From: Schizochytrium sp. TIO01
Lineage: Eukaryota > Protista > Bigyra: Labyrinthulomycetes
Assembly (NCBI GenBank): GCA_004764695.1
Contig: SMSO01000008.1
Location: 868,001 to 932,000 of the forward strand
Direction of reading: 5' to 3'
DNA: 64,000 nt
Shown piece by piece: positions 1 through 15,500 of the stretch. The notes under the pieces were generated by a model. That model was not told the DNA's origin. It did not search any database and saw nothing but the letters and a program-made list of their open reading frames with translations. A program made the position numbers and the translations under genes. The stretch's first letter is position 1, and every line of letters starts with the position of its first letter.

Positions 1-1665
1 AAATTTACACATTCAATCAAGATCAAGCCATGAGCTTCCGACTGGGCAGTCAGTAGCAAGCACTAGATATATCGTCCTTCCCTTTATTATTTATTTTACA
101 ACTTGAATGAGAAAGTTTCTTGGGCTTCTTCCGAGACTTGAAAAAGCGGATCGTCACTCGCAGGAACAATTAATAGTTCGATCACTCTATCTCATTTATT
201 ATTATTATTATTATTATTAATTTATTTATTTATCTATTCTTCTCTTATAAAGAGAGAGTGAAAGAAACAAAAGCACTTGTAAACAAGTTTTTACAGCAAC
301 AACAATACATTATCCATTACCTGGCAACATAAAAGACGCGGAGGCGAGGCTGCTCTATGCGTGCTTTTGACAACCGCTCATCATACATTGGCCTTCACGC
401 AGCCATGTGTGAGCCTTGGATTTCTCACGTTTATTCATTTCAAGAAAGGGAACGGGAAAGAGAAAAAAGCTGCAGGGCAAAAATGGGAATGGAGTTTACT
501 TTCGTAACTTGATCTGGCGACGCCTTCCTTTCACTCTTTTAAAGAATGTCTTTTAAATTGAATTTTGACAATAATAATAACACCAACACTTCAGTAATAA
601 CGAAATGAATAGCAGAATAAATTAAGAAAACAAGAAGAAGAGGACCAACATTCCTCCTTCAAGTTCCTTCGCAGACTCTCACTACCAAAAGCCAAACAAA
701 ACTCAAGACAAGAGCAAACGTGCGGGAACGGAGACACTAAAGTAGCCACCTACGCCTCCAGCATCTCAAGCAAGCTTTTAAAAAAACACCCCTTTAGAAG
801 AAAGGCAGTTCTTCGGACCACAGATGATCTTCAAGTTATCAAAGAATTGGTTGATTTATCGTCTAATGCGACGTTTGTTTGTTTCTTCTTCTTTTTTCTT
901 GTTTCGCACACTTTGCGTCTCTTTATGATGATTGTAAAGTGTTTTTTGTTTTCTTTTGTTTTTTCGGAGGCACACTAAAACACCCTGCTTGCTTGGCTTG
1001 GTAGGACTCCTTATCGCACCGCTAGCGCACGCATGTGTGAGAGAGTGTGCATGTGTCTCCTCCTGCTATCCATTTCCACTCCTCGAAGCCTTTGTTGCTG
1101 TCGATGCTTTGTCCGCGTACAAAATATGGTCTCAGGCTGAAACCTAAGTCTCTGGCATGGTCTAAAAGCCGCGCTTATTGTTCTGGTCGGTCTGGCTGAA
1201 GGGCAGAGACTAGAGTACGCGCGGGTCGATCGGCGATGACCCAGAGTTTTTCACATCGAAGAGATAGTCATGACTTGATTTGTGTTGCTTTTTTCCTTTT
1301 CCTTTTCCTTTTCTTTTTCTTTTTCTTTTTCTTTTTTTAATTAAAAAGGTTTCTTCTTCAGAACGATGATGGAAGATTTAGCATTGGTTAGAATAAAAAT
1401 AGATTGTGCAAGCACTCTTAAGCGTTTGCTACTGGGGCATAGTGTCTTCAGATTGAAAGTTAGTTTTCAGTCCTCAGAGATGAAAGAATGGTACCTACTA
1501 AAAAGTCGAGGAAGCGGCCCAATCCAGGCCATCATGAACTGTAATCATCGTGAACCACGTGCAGATGAAAGATGGCCACGACCCATAAATAATCATGAAC
1601 GATAGTGGTGGTCGAGCCACTGTTCTGCGCGTTCCGCATTGACGTAGCGGACGGCTCGTCGGCCT

Positions 1666-1669
1666 TCAT

Positions 1670-1710
<41 letters not shown>

Positions 1711-1711
1711 T
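1666..1711. repeat. compound (CAT)n(CAG)n microsatellite
   Basis: catcatcat...cagcagcag read directly; it explains the spurious poly-M/L/I/S ORFs here. Confidence 0.9.
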
Positions 1712-4700
1712 CGTGGCTACCAGTCTTTTATTGAAAAGCGATTGTAAAAGTGCTGTGGATGGTGGCAGAAGAATAAGTTCCTGCACACCATAGACTGCGT
1801 AGCTCCATCTCGCGACACAATTGCAGCTGCATTTCGCTCGTAGAGTTTATAACATACTTAAAGGGAGTGAACACACGTGCAGTGCAAACGAACTGATAAT
1901 AATCATGGTCATACTTGGGTAGGTTGCAGGTAGTGATTCTTCTTTTTATTTGATGCTGCCGACGATAATGATGATAGTGATGAGGAGGAGACTATTATCA
2001 GGTTCAAGAACAACTTTTCTAATGCAAGAATAACTCAAAGCTCAAGTTCGACTTGAGCAGCGATCTAAGAACGATTGTGACATAGTTAGTCTCTAGCTGC
2101 ATGAAAAGGACTTCTGACCAAGCTCGAAAGCTTTCCAGGCTAGTTTCGCTCAAGACCTGGGAGTTTGGTGATGGCTGTCTCATAATGGATTGTGCAATGC
2201 AATGCAATGTAATTTAATGCGTCATTCTGGAGTATGCTACAAATCGAATGTCCCCAAAGAGTAATAACATGGGTAAGCTGAATGAAATTCAATATGATGT
2301 ATGAATCAATACTGAGGTCATGGATCAAGTTAGAAATACTTGCAAATGAGCTAGCTAGCGAGCTGCAATTTCATTTGCTCGTGAGTAGGTAGCTAGCACG
2401 TAGTTGGTGAACCATGCAAGTTGGCAGTCTGCGACTTTAAGATTGTAATGAAGTGATGGAATGTGGGATGAAAACAACCTCTGCGTGGGAGGAGCTTTGT
2501 ACTAGACAACTTTCTCATTCCATATTCTTCCTTTGTGTGAGCGAGGGAGATCTATTGCGCCTCCTCCTTCTCTTCCTCTTCCTCCTCTTCCTCCTCTGCC
2601 TCCTCCTTGAACAATCATGTCTCGTCCTTGAAAGTGCCACAGGTTCTCACTCGGAGTCAAAGAGGCTCGCGCTGCTTAACGAATGTAATCTGTTGTGCAG
2701 AACATTATTGTGCAAGTAATCTGAATGTTTGTCTATTAGTGCGTTGTGGAGCTCAGGTACGTCACCGCGCCCAAGGTGATATTCAATCTCAACCTCAACT
2801 TGAGGTTTCGTGCTGTTGCAAAACTTGCAAGAATAGGTTCCTGAATGGCAAGAATCAATCATCCAGTCTTTATGCTCCACCTGAATTCGCTTGTCAACTA
2901 TTTCTGTTGCCCCCAATAGAAAGTAGTGTCAATGATGGCGACTGCGACAGGGATCAATCGACTTTGCATTCAAGTTACTTTTCAAAGTGAAATTCTTCAT
3001 CGTGGTCACCTTATCGTATAATCATCAGCATGGGCACATGAATGATGTCAATGCCTGCAAATTCGGACAAATAGAACACTCGCCTGGCTGCTCGAGGAGC
3101 TCTATGAGTTCTCCGCGCGTGCCGTTTTAAGAGGAGACAGTTTTAGTCGCAGCACGTGTATTTTCTCAGCACTTTCGCATCGAATTCGTTTGCTTCATCA
3201 CAAATTCCTTCAATTAATCAGCTGCGTTATTTGTTCACATATATCGATAGATGGGTGGATGGATAGATGGTTTCATTTCGAGCAATCCTTTCACCATTCC
3301 CCAAGAAAGCCCAACCCGAGACTAACTTGGGTCATATATTGTAAAGGCGCTTGCCAAGTTTTTCATAAACTTGATAAACTCGTCTTGCAAAATATATAAT
3401 GTAACTTTTCATGAGCCGCCTCCGCGTAGGTGGATTGTAGATGTCTTGGCCCAGCTTCTGCTTTCTGGATTGGAATTGAAGAGAAGTTTGCATTCACTTT
3501 TTACAAGTTGGCACAGCTTTTGCAGCACCAGTTCACGAGCTGTGCAAACTTTCACCAAGAAGGCGCAGGAAGCAGGTGCAGGTCCGAGAGCCTCCTGCTA
3601 CCCGGCTCTCTCTTATTATTCATGAGTTTCTAGCTAGGCATTGCCTAAAGGGCAACACATCTACACATCCATCTCATTATTCAGGATGAGCGATGTTTAT
3701 CTCTCCTTCGAACTCAATGTTTCTTGGCAGAAGAAAGTGGGAGGAGGAAATACTGAAAGTGGAGTCATAAAATTGATGCAAAAAGGTGCAAAAGAAGAAG
3801 TGGGAATGAATGTGGCCAAGCCAAATCCAATCAAAGTCGCCTCCTTGAACTTCTGGTTTCAATGGCGCGAGGGTGCAGGGACCAGACTTGAACAGTTCGA
3901 AACGTCGCCAGCCGCGGCCTCGGAGGCGGTAGGTTACAACACCAAATAAAATTAATTCACTCTCGCCAGTCAGTCAGTCATTCAAAGTTGATAAATTATA
4001 ACCCTCTTTTGATTAAAATTAATATTTTAATTTAAAAAAAAAAAAAAAAAAACTCAAGCCAAAACAATTACTGATTGAAGTCTATTTCTATTTTATATTC
4101 TTTTTCTTTTTTAATACTTTTCTTTCATTTTGTTAAAATACTAGTCACGGTAGTTCTAATTTAATAAATAAATAAACAAAATATTACATATATATATATA
4201 ATCTAAACGGAAAGACAGAACGAAATCACATGTGTCAGAAAACAATCGTCGAGTGATTGGAGAAAGCGAAAGAGGTTTGAGTTTGAAGATCTAGTCTACA
4301 CAGCATTGCATATCCGTATTGGGGAAAGCTGCACACAAACAAAGGGATACCAGCCACAGGCGTGTCTCGCCACCTTTTAGAGCTCAAGCCACTAATCAAG
4401 AGATCAGAGCTTACCCTGTGGTAATATTTTATCCATGTTCGAAGCAAATGAAGCAAGCGAATCCCTCCCTCGCTCAATTAATACAGCCAAGATTGGCGCA
4501 GATGGAATAAAAATTATTATTTCAACCCGAACCTGAAAAGCAAACGAACCTCAGAAACGTCAAGCAACCCATCGTGCCAGCCACGAAAGACTTACATTCT
4601 GCTCAACAAATGACTCGACGTCAAGTTCTCGAAACTAATTATATCCTAGTCCGAGACGAAAGTAAGATGATCTTGAACTTTATCTTGAACTTGATCCTGA

Positions 4701-6041
4701 AAGAGGCTCCGCCACACATGTGTTCTGGCAATTGGAACGTTCTGTTCTGACAGTCAAATCACAGGAATGCCAAAACGGCGCCGCGCACGCTCGCTGTATT
4801 CTGAAATAGTTGCAAGCCTGGCTGTTCGAGGAGCTTTCCAATTTTATCTTTGACTTAGTCAGCAACTTCTTTTACTTGGAACGTCCTGAGCCCAAGAGGT
4901 CCTGTTATTTTGCTGATTGAGACTTTGAGGGTTACTCTTGCATTCCAAAAGTTCTCTTCGATGTCTCCAAAGCGCGAAGTGGTGTGCACTAAATTTACTT
5001 TAAAGAATAGAGTTTTGAAAAAATAGGTGGTGTCTACTAACTCAACTACATTTAGGAATAGCGTGAAGGTACTTTCAAGAATATTGACGAGGTCTCTCTC
5101 TCTCTCTCTCTCTATTTGAAGAGAAATACTACGTCAATCGAGGAATTTCTCAGTTCATTGAACTTTCTTGAAGGGCTTTTCCTGTCTCTGAAAGGAAAAT
5201 CAATCGTCGAAAGAGTAAGTCGAAAGGTAAGAACACAGAACTTTCCTTTTCCTTTCACAGTTTTCGTTTTCTTCATCTCTTTTTTCTACTTTACCTATTT
5301 CTAACGCATTATAAGTAGCTACAGTGAGGCCACGTTCTTTACTGTAGCGATACATGCGCAGGGACCAGTGAAAAGCCAGCCTGACCTATTAAGACCAGCC
5401 TACCCAGCCCTTAAGGTTCACTCTACGGAACGCGTAATCATCTCAAAACGCGTTGTCCAACACTGAGAGCTGCGCAATGCAGAACCGTGAAGTCAAGTCG
5501 CGCGCGGAAAAGCTGTAGCAGGGAAAGATTTTATTATTCAACTAAGAATAAATAAAATTTGTAAAAAGATCGCGCTGAGAGAGCCTCTTCTGCTCTCTGA
5601 GGCGAACTTCAAAGGGTGAAAAAGCTCGAAAAAGACGGTACGCGCCTTTCTTAAGGGCGCGTCTGTCCGGAGCGAACAGCACGCGCAGAGTCCGAACAGT
5701 TTCTTCGGCTTTTGCTCTCTCCGTTGTTCGCTTACTTTTTCCATTTTACTTACTTTTCATTCATTATTTTTTTACTTTACGAGCAATTATGATGTGCACG
5801 ACTTTGGGAGAAATAAACAAATACCAATGTTGTCTTATCATAAACTCTAAGGCTTTCGTGGATTGCGAAAGGATCGAAACAAGCTGGATCTCGAAAGAAG
5901 AAGAGGCAGCAGGAATCATGGACAGTCAGAAGGGATGAGAGATAGATACAAGATAGAGAAGCAGATCAGTAGATTAAGTTATGAAAAACAGAGAACTGCA
6001 GAAGATGATTGCAATGCCTGAGTATATCGTTTATTGGTACC

Positions 6042-6043
<2 letters not shown>

Positions 6044-6107
<64 letters not shown>

Positions 6108-6153
6108 CAAACAAACAAACAAACAAACAAACAAACAAGCAAGCAAGCAATCA
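6044..6153. repeat. compound (CAAT)n(CAAA)n(CAAG)n microsatellite
   Basis: direct reading. Confidence 0.95.
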
Positions 6154-6539
6154 AAGGTTGAACCTGTTATCTCTTTGCATCCTTTCCTTGGTTCTTTGCC
6201 TTTTCTAAAATAAACTTCTTGCAGCTGCGATGGTTTCTTGAAAAACGATCTGCAATTGAGGGCGTATCAGTTCGGAACAAGACAGGCTTCGACAAGCAGC
6301 CCTAATTTCTTGAACTGAGTAGATCCAGAGACATGGACCGACGGAATCGATTCGTATGAAGAGGATTATGGGCGGCGAGTTCAACTTGTTCGGTTCGAGT
6401 TTAAGTCTTAGTTTCGAATTGGATGAGTCTGCGCTGCTGCTCGCAGATCGCTTCTGTGGGAGAACCGTGATCTCGTTAGGGTGCGTTACTTTCTGTGAGT
6501 TAATAAGGAGCGAGATTGTTCTCGTTCCTCTTTTCAATT

Positions 6540-6540
6540 A

Positions 6541-6592
<52 letters not shown>
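6540..6592. repeat. (AAAG)n microsatellite
   Basis: direct reading. Confidence 0.95.
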
Positions 6593-9500
6593 AGGGATGA
6601 GTCGATGAGTGGGTTGTTGGCAAAGGCTCTCTCAAAAGATGGTTAATCCCTTTTTCGCTTTTTCTTCGCTTTTCTCTTGAATAAAAAGCCTGACAATCTG
6701 CAAAACCTGTCTTCCGGTCCATTTTGAGGTCTTCAAGTAGAAGAAGAGAAGCAATGTAGCTTCGACTTAAGCGAGTTCGAGAAGAATTCTCCCATCGGTT
6801 TGAGAGTTTAAAATGGGATCGAAAACTAAGCTTTAAAAATTAGCTGTCCAGCCCAAAGTGGATTTCATCCCTTTCTCTCTCTCTTTTATACTTCTTCATT
6901 TCAATTAAATTTAATTAAATAGTTAATTATCAAAATGTACATATTAATCTTTAAAAATTGCACCTCTTGACATATGCTTTGTCAAAGAGAGGTACATAGT
7001 GTAGCTCTTCATTGTGCTTCATCAGCGTTGCACTTAAACTACAATGTATCTGCTTCCGAGCGCCCTGAGAAGTCTATTAGCTCTCATGAGTTGAGTTTCT
7101 GTGCATGCAGCATTGGATAAATTTTCACTTGGTTTGCCGAGTCCTTGGTTTGATATTAGCTAGCTGAAAAGGGAGAAAGAGCTAGCCTGGAATCCACAGA
7201 TTGATTGGCCGATCGATCGGTCATTCTAAACAATTGCTCATGACTTGGGCCAATGATCTCTTGACTTTTCTTGACTTTATCAAGCCGCGCAAGTCCAAAA
7301 GAGATGGATTACAGACCAAGTAAACTTGAACTTTGTCGCAATCGTATCCATCAGTGTGATTTTTTCTTCTCTCGCCAGAGCGATCTTTAGTGTCTCTTGC
7401 TTCAAGGTTTTGACATTGAATTGGAATACCTCGAGAAGGGCGCTCAAGCATTCAGCCATTCGTCCATGCATTCATTCGTTCATTCATTTGATAAGAAGCA
7501 GATAAATATTTAATAATCAATTCAATGCGACCAGTTTGAGAATACGCCGAAGCTCTGCAAACGCGATATAGAATATACATGTTTGAATATTCTTCAACCC
7601 GATCTGAAAGCCATACATATTATATATGCACGCATCGTGCTGTATAGGTCTATGCGGATCAGAAATTTGTCCACGACGCCTAAAACTCTCCCAAGTTTTA
7701 GGGAAACTGCCTTTTTCTCCTCTTCTTTTCTTTTATATTTCTTTCTTCTATTTATTAAAAAAAAAAAACTTTACTTTAGAAAGTGTTTTTCTTTAATTTA
7801 ATCGAAAACATATCTTTAAAGACAAACTACTATAAAATAGTCGCTTTTTTGCTCTGTCAGTGTCCATTCTTGCAATTCGCTCTCTTTCAGCAGGTGCGGG
7901 ACCTTCGCCAGAACATGTCAACCCAGAGCTCTCCTTCCTTCACACATAAGCACTTCTTGAAGGCACTACTAATGGCATCAGTTCTGTCGTAATTTGACAA
8001 CTTAAAGTTGAGTGATTCGATGTCGGTACACACTCTTTTTTTTTCTTTCTTTTTTTAAATTTCGACTTTGATTTTGATTGTGGTCTTTGGAATTGCTCTA
8101 CAGACGTAGGCTCAAGGTGTCGGCCGTCACTGAGTGCCTTTGCATCGCCCAATGCAGCGGATTGGATCAACGCCCACTGCCTGGACATCGCATATTCATG
8201 CCACCGCTTCGATGTTTGGGTTCAAGCAAAACCCCAAGTTGGAGCAAGCAATTGCCTGGTTGTGGACATTTGATTGATGAAAATATAACTTCTTTGCGGA
8301 CCCATAGTAACCGTGAGAAGGAACCGGACGGACAGTCGAAGTGTGTCGCAGTTCTACTGGTTTAGGATAAGTGCAACTATGCGCAAATTTTTATACATAA
8401 CAAGGAGCTAAAAAGACGGAGGAAAGCTTTTGCGGAATAAGCAAAGAAATGACGAAATCATTTGTCACAGAGCGAGGCAGCACTTGGGAACGAGCCGGCT
8501 CTGGGCCACGAGGCGTAGATACGGCTGAAGGCTTCACGGCTTTTGCTGGGTTTCTGAGCCACAGTCGCGAAGCTGCAGAGGAAGTGGCGAGGTTTCGCAA
8601 GTTTCCAAGCATCTGCGTTTCAAGCTCATGTGAATAAAGGGATATGCACAAAATACTCACGTAAAATACCCATCTGAAAGCAGGAGTTTGGATTTGAAAA
8701 AACTCCCTCGCAATGCTGCACTTTTATATCTCTAGTAGGTCGAACTCTCATCCGTGTAGTTTATTCAACGAATGAGAAGCTTTCTTTCTTTTCTATCCCA
8801 TCAAATGATGAGTGCCCAAACACTCCAAACTTATTTCTCTCGTGCAACGAAGTTCTTCTTGTTTTATTTTATAAATTTATTTACTCCTCACTCTTCACTA
8901 TTTTACTAATAGTTATTTTTTAAAATAACTTTCTTGTGAATAAAATAAAATAAAAATAAACTAAACTACTCAACAATACCTATATCTCATCCCCAGATCT
9001 ATGAAACAAAACCAACAACTATGACAAACAGCTTCCTCCCTCCAAACCAGCTGGACCCTGCGAAACACGATGTGAAACGGAATACTGCGTCACTTTCGAT
9101 GATCTTTCTTTGTCTTAGAAGCCACCTTTTTCTTTTCCTTTTCTTCAAGGATGATGAGAAGACCACCATCGCCAACGCGTTCTTCGATTTCGTATATCAT
9201 AATGGGTGAGAGTAGAAACCCACTTTTTCTTTTTCCCGTGTCCCCGCGACTGAGACCTCTATGAACTACTTACTGCTCTGCCTACGTAGCAGCGACTAGC
9301 CCTAGGACTTCTCACAAGATCGATCTGTAATCTGAAGGCCCCAAAGTTACAAGGCTCCGTGCCTGAGAGAACGCAAAGGAATGCTCACCTAGAGCCGCGT
9401 GCCTTTCCTGAAGGAAACCTGCAACGACGCTGTTGCAGTTAGTTGCCATGACAGACTGGTCCTGCCAGCTCGTGTGGGCTTCTTTGAGACCCTGAGCTCG

Positions 9501-12500
9501 CTCGTGCAGGGATAGAAGATCAAAGATGCAGGTCTGTCGGGTCTGCCGTACAGGCGTGCGTATGTATGTATGGTGAGAAGAACTGCTTATTTTATCTGTA
9601 AAGGCGAGCGTGCAAAACGTGCCTCAGAAAAGAGGTGCAAAGCCGCCTCAGCCAGCGCGTGCCCTTTTCAAACGAAGCGAGCGCATGCCTGCCTGCAGTT
9701 CAATAGCAGATGGTTGCTGCAATGATCGATTGTGTCTGACCGCTGGGGTGATAGCAGAATAGAGTCAGCGGGACGTGAGTGAGCTCACTGATAGTTAGTT
9801 AGTCACTCCAGTTTTGGGAGGAGTTGAAGTTGTAGCAGCAAGAATGGAAATGAAAGATGATGAGGCCTGACTTCCATTAAATTAGAGCACAAGTCGCTGT
9901 TTTCACTGAAAGCAAAAAAAATGTGCAGGGCCATTTCCAGGGAACGATGGCGAACACCGAGGCCAGCTTTGCGGTGATGCCTGGATATGCGTCAGCATTT
10001 ATAGTTTAGAGCACAGGCTTGCACACGATTACTGATAGGCTTGAATGCTTACAATAATGTTTTTTGAAGGAAAAGGAAGGAATGATTTTAATTTTCAAAA
10101 TAAAATAAAAATATTGTATTGTTAGAAGAAAAACATTAAATTAAAAAAGAAACAGACAAAGGTAATTGGAAAGGACGGAGAAGAACAGGATGTGTAAACA
10201 TGGCCTGCACCGCTCGGAGATCGAAGAACCGGCTGTCGCCCTGGTTCACAAGCTAAAGAACGGGAGGATCATGATTAAGGTGTGATACTTGTGCAGCGAG
10301 GTGGAAGTAGTTTGATGAATTGAATGCTTTCTTACTATTGAAATAAAAGAAGGATAAAAGATCATGTGCAAATTCATTCCAAAACTGGAGCAGAAAGAGA
10401 ACGAGCAGGAATGCGCGAATATTGAAATGTTGAGCCTTGATTACCTGGACACGTTTTAGCCGCTCAAGCAAGTGTTATTTTCAAGAAGCCTGATTGGACT
10501 TGTCTAATCTTGAGCCATTCGAAAGTAATCTGCATTTCCCACAGAGAGTTTGAGGCAACTGGAAATGATGCCTTGTTAAAATAAGCTTGTATAGTGTCAA
10601 ATCCTTGAGCTCTTCAATGTGCATGCATGCAATCTCCCCAATAATTCTAATGTGATGGTGTTTAATAGCAGGAAAAGTAGCCTTAATCTGCAGCTAGTCT
10701 TTACTTTTCAGTCTCTATAGAACTCTTTCAACTTCCACAAGGCCCACGCTAACATGTGTCTTACGCCAGGTTTTTGGCAAGTCACGAAGATTTTAGGTTC
10801 AACGCCCTGCTTCTCATGCAAATAGATGTACTTATACAGGTTTGCTCTGCGATATTCTTTTTTTAATCTCTTGTTATCCACTTCAAGTTGACAACTCAAA
10901 ATATTACGAAATTCATCTTCGTTTCGCAATACTAAAGTCTGCCATGCTTCAGTTCTACTGTCTGGTGCCACAATGCCTCAAAACTTCGAGCTCCATACGC
11001 TCCCCTATAAAATATCGTCGTACTGAAGCCAAGTAACAAGTTGTCCTGTGCTTTAGTACCTGCTTACGCTCTTCACAAGGTTAAAGCTTACCTCGGGCTT
11101 CTACTAAGGCAAAAGAAGTTGCACCAACAGGAACGAGCGCGCTCGGAGGTCTCTACCTAGTTATTTTTCTCCATGAAGACAGCATGTATGAAATTCAGGT
11201 CGGTATTAGCTGGCCGGGCGTGTGTCAAGAATCCCCTTACACATCATTCTATCCGATGTATCATTTGCTCGTAGGATGCTCTTGCATTGCACTACCAGCA
11301 GTAGATCATATTGCACTTTAGTTTGTCGTCATTGCAATGGAAATTATTTTCGTATACGGTGGGTCTCTACATTCATGCATTCATGCAAAGACGAGCTGGA
11401 GCGTGCGCATCACAAACTCGCAAAGGAGATACGTGGTTTCGGATTTTCAATGAGAACGTGAGCATTGCTCTCATACTTGGTAGGTAGTGAGTAGCGTTGA
11501 TATCATGAACCGATGAGCTGGGCAATTTGCTCGATATAACTATAAATGAGACCATCAATATCTCCAACTCCTAGTTCACCTTCATTTACAAACTTTGTCA
11601 GAGTCTACCTACACAGTATCCACATTCATCTGAGTCATGTACATATTGAGCAAAAGGAAGTATCTCGGGCGCGCGGGTTCGCTATGGTGCTTTCCCGTAA
11701 GCCAGCTGCGATCGGCCAGAACTAATATTACATTTACTCACGTTACTCCAGTCATGAAGCAATTTATTTCTTAATAACTCGCCCAATGCAAACATTGATC
11801 CAGGATCATCCGCGCAAGCGATAAACTAGAAGTGGTGAGAATGTGCGCGCGCCCATCTCGCTCACCTCCGTGTGTGGACTCTGCAGAGTCCCGGTGGAAG
11901 ACATCGAACAGGATTAAGAGTAAGAAACACATACTATCATTAGTGGAAGAGAAGGAATTGTATTGCAGGAGGAGGTCACGGCTGGGAGAAGGAGCGATTC
12001 ACGTGCCGCGGCAAGTGCTGATTCCATAATTCACTATTCACTGTTTTGCTATTTATTAGTTCCTACTTCGAAATGTAGCATTCTTTCTTTATTAAGTGGA
12101 ACCTTCTTTTCTTCCCTTTAAAAAATAAAATAAAATAAATAATAAATAATAATAAATATGTAAATAATAAACTCTAAGATTTATTCTCAAACTCAAGGAA
12201 TAGTAAATAAACTTTTCGTTGGACACTATTATTTCGAGCGCCAAAAGTTTACGCGCATAGAAGGGAAAGAGGAGAAGACACAAGCTACAAGCTAGTGAAT
12301 AGCTAACACGAATCAAAGGTTTGGCAAAAGAAGGAGTGCTTAATGCGTGTTGTTTTTGCCCAGACCTCAAGTACTTGTTGGGGTGTATCGCGTTGATGTG
12401 CTCTCCGTACAATCCAGGAGAACAGCGATTGTTGTTTACGGCGTTTGTTAGTATGGATGATAGGATAGAATTGGTGCCCTTGCTGAAATTAGCAATTCAT

Positions 12501-15500
12501 TTGGCCAACAGACCGCTAAGAGTAGGTCTGAGACGAAAATTACTTTCGTGTATATATATATATACTGTCAAGCCTCCTGAAACATCTAGGCGAGGGTGCT
12601 CGAGCCTGGTTTGAGACTCTGGGAGTAGTGCGGTAAGCTCTCCTCCTAGGGTTATGGCCCTTTAGCAACATAGTTGCGATTCATCCGAGTTGCTTGCATG
12701 CGTCTCCATACATGTGGCTCGATTATCTATTTCTCGCTTCTCTCGTCATGATCACTGGCATTATTTTGTTTATGTAAATTTTGATCAAATTGTATAGCAT
12801 ATCTAATTGAACTAATAGTTTGAACGAATGATTACTTTAGAGTCATGCAAAGCTCTTCAATTTGGTAACTGACTGCCGCTGTCGCATATCATCATAGTAG
12901 TGCCCTACCTGCTTTACTTGGAAGCATTTGTGTAAGTAACTTGAGGTAGTTTTGATTTTTGTTTTTTTTCATTGTAATAGGAGTTGTTGCAAAAGCTCAG
13001 TACTCCTCAATATGCGTGCCTGGCTAGTGAAATAGCTCGCTCTGTGCTACTAATGGCATTGGAAACATAAGCGATCGAACTCATTTGAGGTTGATAATTA
13101 ATTTACTTATTCATTCAATACAGCATTTGGTTTTGGCGGGATTGAGGGGGTCACGAACTCGAAGCTCGATTTGTAATCGTCAATTCTTCTTCTATGCAAT
13201 CTGCGCAAGTGCAAAACCAGCAATGCTGCAAAAAGACCTATGTTGCGTCAGACGTTGAAGCATGAAAAGTGAAGACAATGACAACTGAAGAAATCACCCA
13301 AAGATGGCTGGAGTTGCACACAACGAGCAGGGCAATAAGAATCACCCCTCGCATCACATTTCCTCGGTTCTCTTAGAGGACTTCATGTACTCTATCTGCG
13401 AAAATCAGACGTACTCGTCATTTGCTCAATTGTCGAACTTGAATTGCTTCCTCCGACAAGCGCGGTGATTACCTTTGTGTCGTCTGAGGTGTTTCGATTC
13501 TTCAAAGTTGAGCCACAATGGTGGCATGAAGCTGACATTTTTCTACTGAGTCGTGAGTATTTCGAATTTCGCAGCCCATCTCGCGGTGACCTGCATCCCT
13601 CGTTGGGCTTTCTAAATTGCGCAGGGAGGGGGTTGCTTATCTATTTACACACTCAAAGTCTTTGATCTTGCTGTTAAGCCAACCCCAAGGTGGATTGGGA
13701 AGTGGGCTGTGAAATATCGAGGTGCACGCACTCTCATTCTGTCGAAGGTTAGTCAAAACTAAGTGCTACTCTCGCTGTGAGCATTGATGGTGTTGATTTA
13801 TCGACACTCGGGAGAATAATTCAATTACGAACGAAGACTGCAAGTTTCAATTCTCGAATTAAGAAATGCCTCAGCAGCGAGACAGAAGCAAAACCTCCAC
13901 GAAAGTGACCATGGGCGGGAGACCACGCACTAAATTAAAGAACTAAATGCTATAGCCTACAGAAAAATCAAAACTATACTGTTTGAGCTCTCTAGTACTA
14001 GGACAGACTTTCCTTGCCACATAAGGGCCCCTGTAATATAAATGTAAGCAAGTTCGCTCGCCAAGATCATGGAAAGCACATCCTGCCAGAGTGTGATACT
14101 TTAAAAGACAACCGTGACGTTGCAATAAACCCGAGTTTAGTGTTACCTCCTAGTACTATGAGCTAGTAGCTTGATACTAGGTACTACGTACCTAATGAGT
14201 TGAACGAGTCGTTCTTCGAAGTTTCTTTGTGAGGTGTTGTGCACGCGCAGCTCAACTTGAACACCCAGACGGGCCAATGATCTGCCTGCGCTGTGAACTT
14301 CCAACAATAAAAGGTTTTGCATGGCGAGATCTTCACGGCAAATGCGTGTTGTGCACAGGGGCAAAACGTAGATGACAATTCAAGAACAGCCCTTCTCACA
14401 TACTTGAAGCTGTCCCGCATCAAAAACACACATGTGTTTTGGTGTTCAACTTGAAGTTGTGTTGTTTTCATTGTTACCGCGCTATTCTTACTACTTTTGC
14501 CACCACGCAAACGCAGTCCCTTGCATCTCTCCAAAAAGTAAAGTAGTAAGAATTGACAGCGGAGAGACAATGAGAGCAGATCTGCAGCTGAGCAATTTAG
14601 CGGCAAAGTGAGTGAGGGTGCCAGTATTGACGCGGAGTGCAAAATATGACATAACACTGGGCTAATGCAATCAAACGCACAAGCACTCAATGCTTCTTTG
14701 CAAAATCTAAGAAAATTTACTACTTGAAGGCATCGAGCTAAAAGCTCCAAGGGCGCAGTTCTATCCAGCTGCTCTCCCCAAATTTTGAATCTACTTGCAT
14801 TTATCAATGGCTATTGAGAGAAACAGCAACGCAAGCAACTTGGAAGGCCAATTGACGATGCTGTTATGGATAGGAAGCTTCTTGGACAAGGAGCTCTTTA
14901 ATAGATTTTGTGGCCACCATGATAAGAAGGATTTTTTAAGAGTCAAACCACACGATGGCATGCGAAGTCCATCCTGAAAGTGAAGAAATGTTTAGAGCAT
15001 GGAAACGCACAATCAACGACCCAAGATCAAACGTCAAACAGTATAAACTGATAGGCGAAAATACTCAGAATGTTAGTCTTGGAGCTTTGAGGAAGTCCAA
15101 CTAGTAGGCCGGCCCCGGAATAGTCTCATTCAGCAACTCAGTTATTGGTACTATCTTTCTTCACTCTACATCAAGCATTTATCTGCCCACCATTCATCTG
15201 AATCGGTCAGACTATGAAAAAATAGGATGCTGTAACTTCCTTCTTTAATTCGATGGGCCATAAGAGGAAGATTGTAATGATACAAATTTATCATCTAAAG
15301 CAATAGGGTGTTGGAAACTTCGTCCGTGTACGAAGGGAGTTGAGAGGTTTCAAATGCTGTGAGTAGTATACAAAAGCCGTATTTACATGTTGCCTAAAGA
15401 GGAAAGGGCTGAAACGAAACAACACAACAATAAACTAGTGATTATTATCAGAGAAATTTAGTACCTGTACTACCTACCTCTCATGCAATGCCGTGAATCT

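Noticed and set aside
10200-11040. Possible decayed coding fragments on the - strand
   Set aside because: Short stop-interrupted pieces with no family I can identify; needs tBLASTn
14184-14807. 207-aa ORF
   Set aside because: Non-ATG start, no recognisable motif, non-protein-like composition
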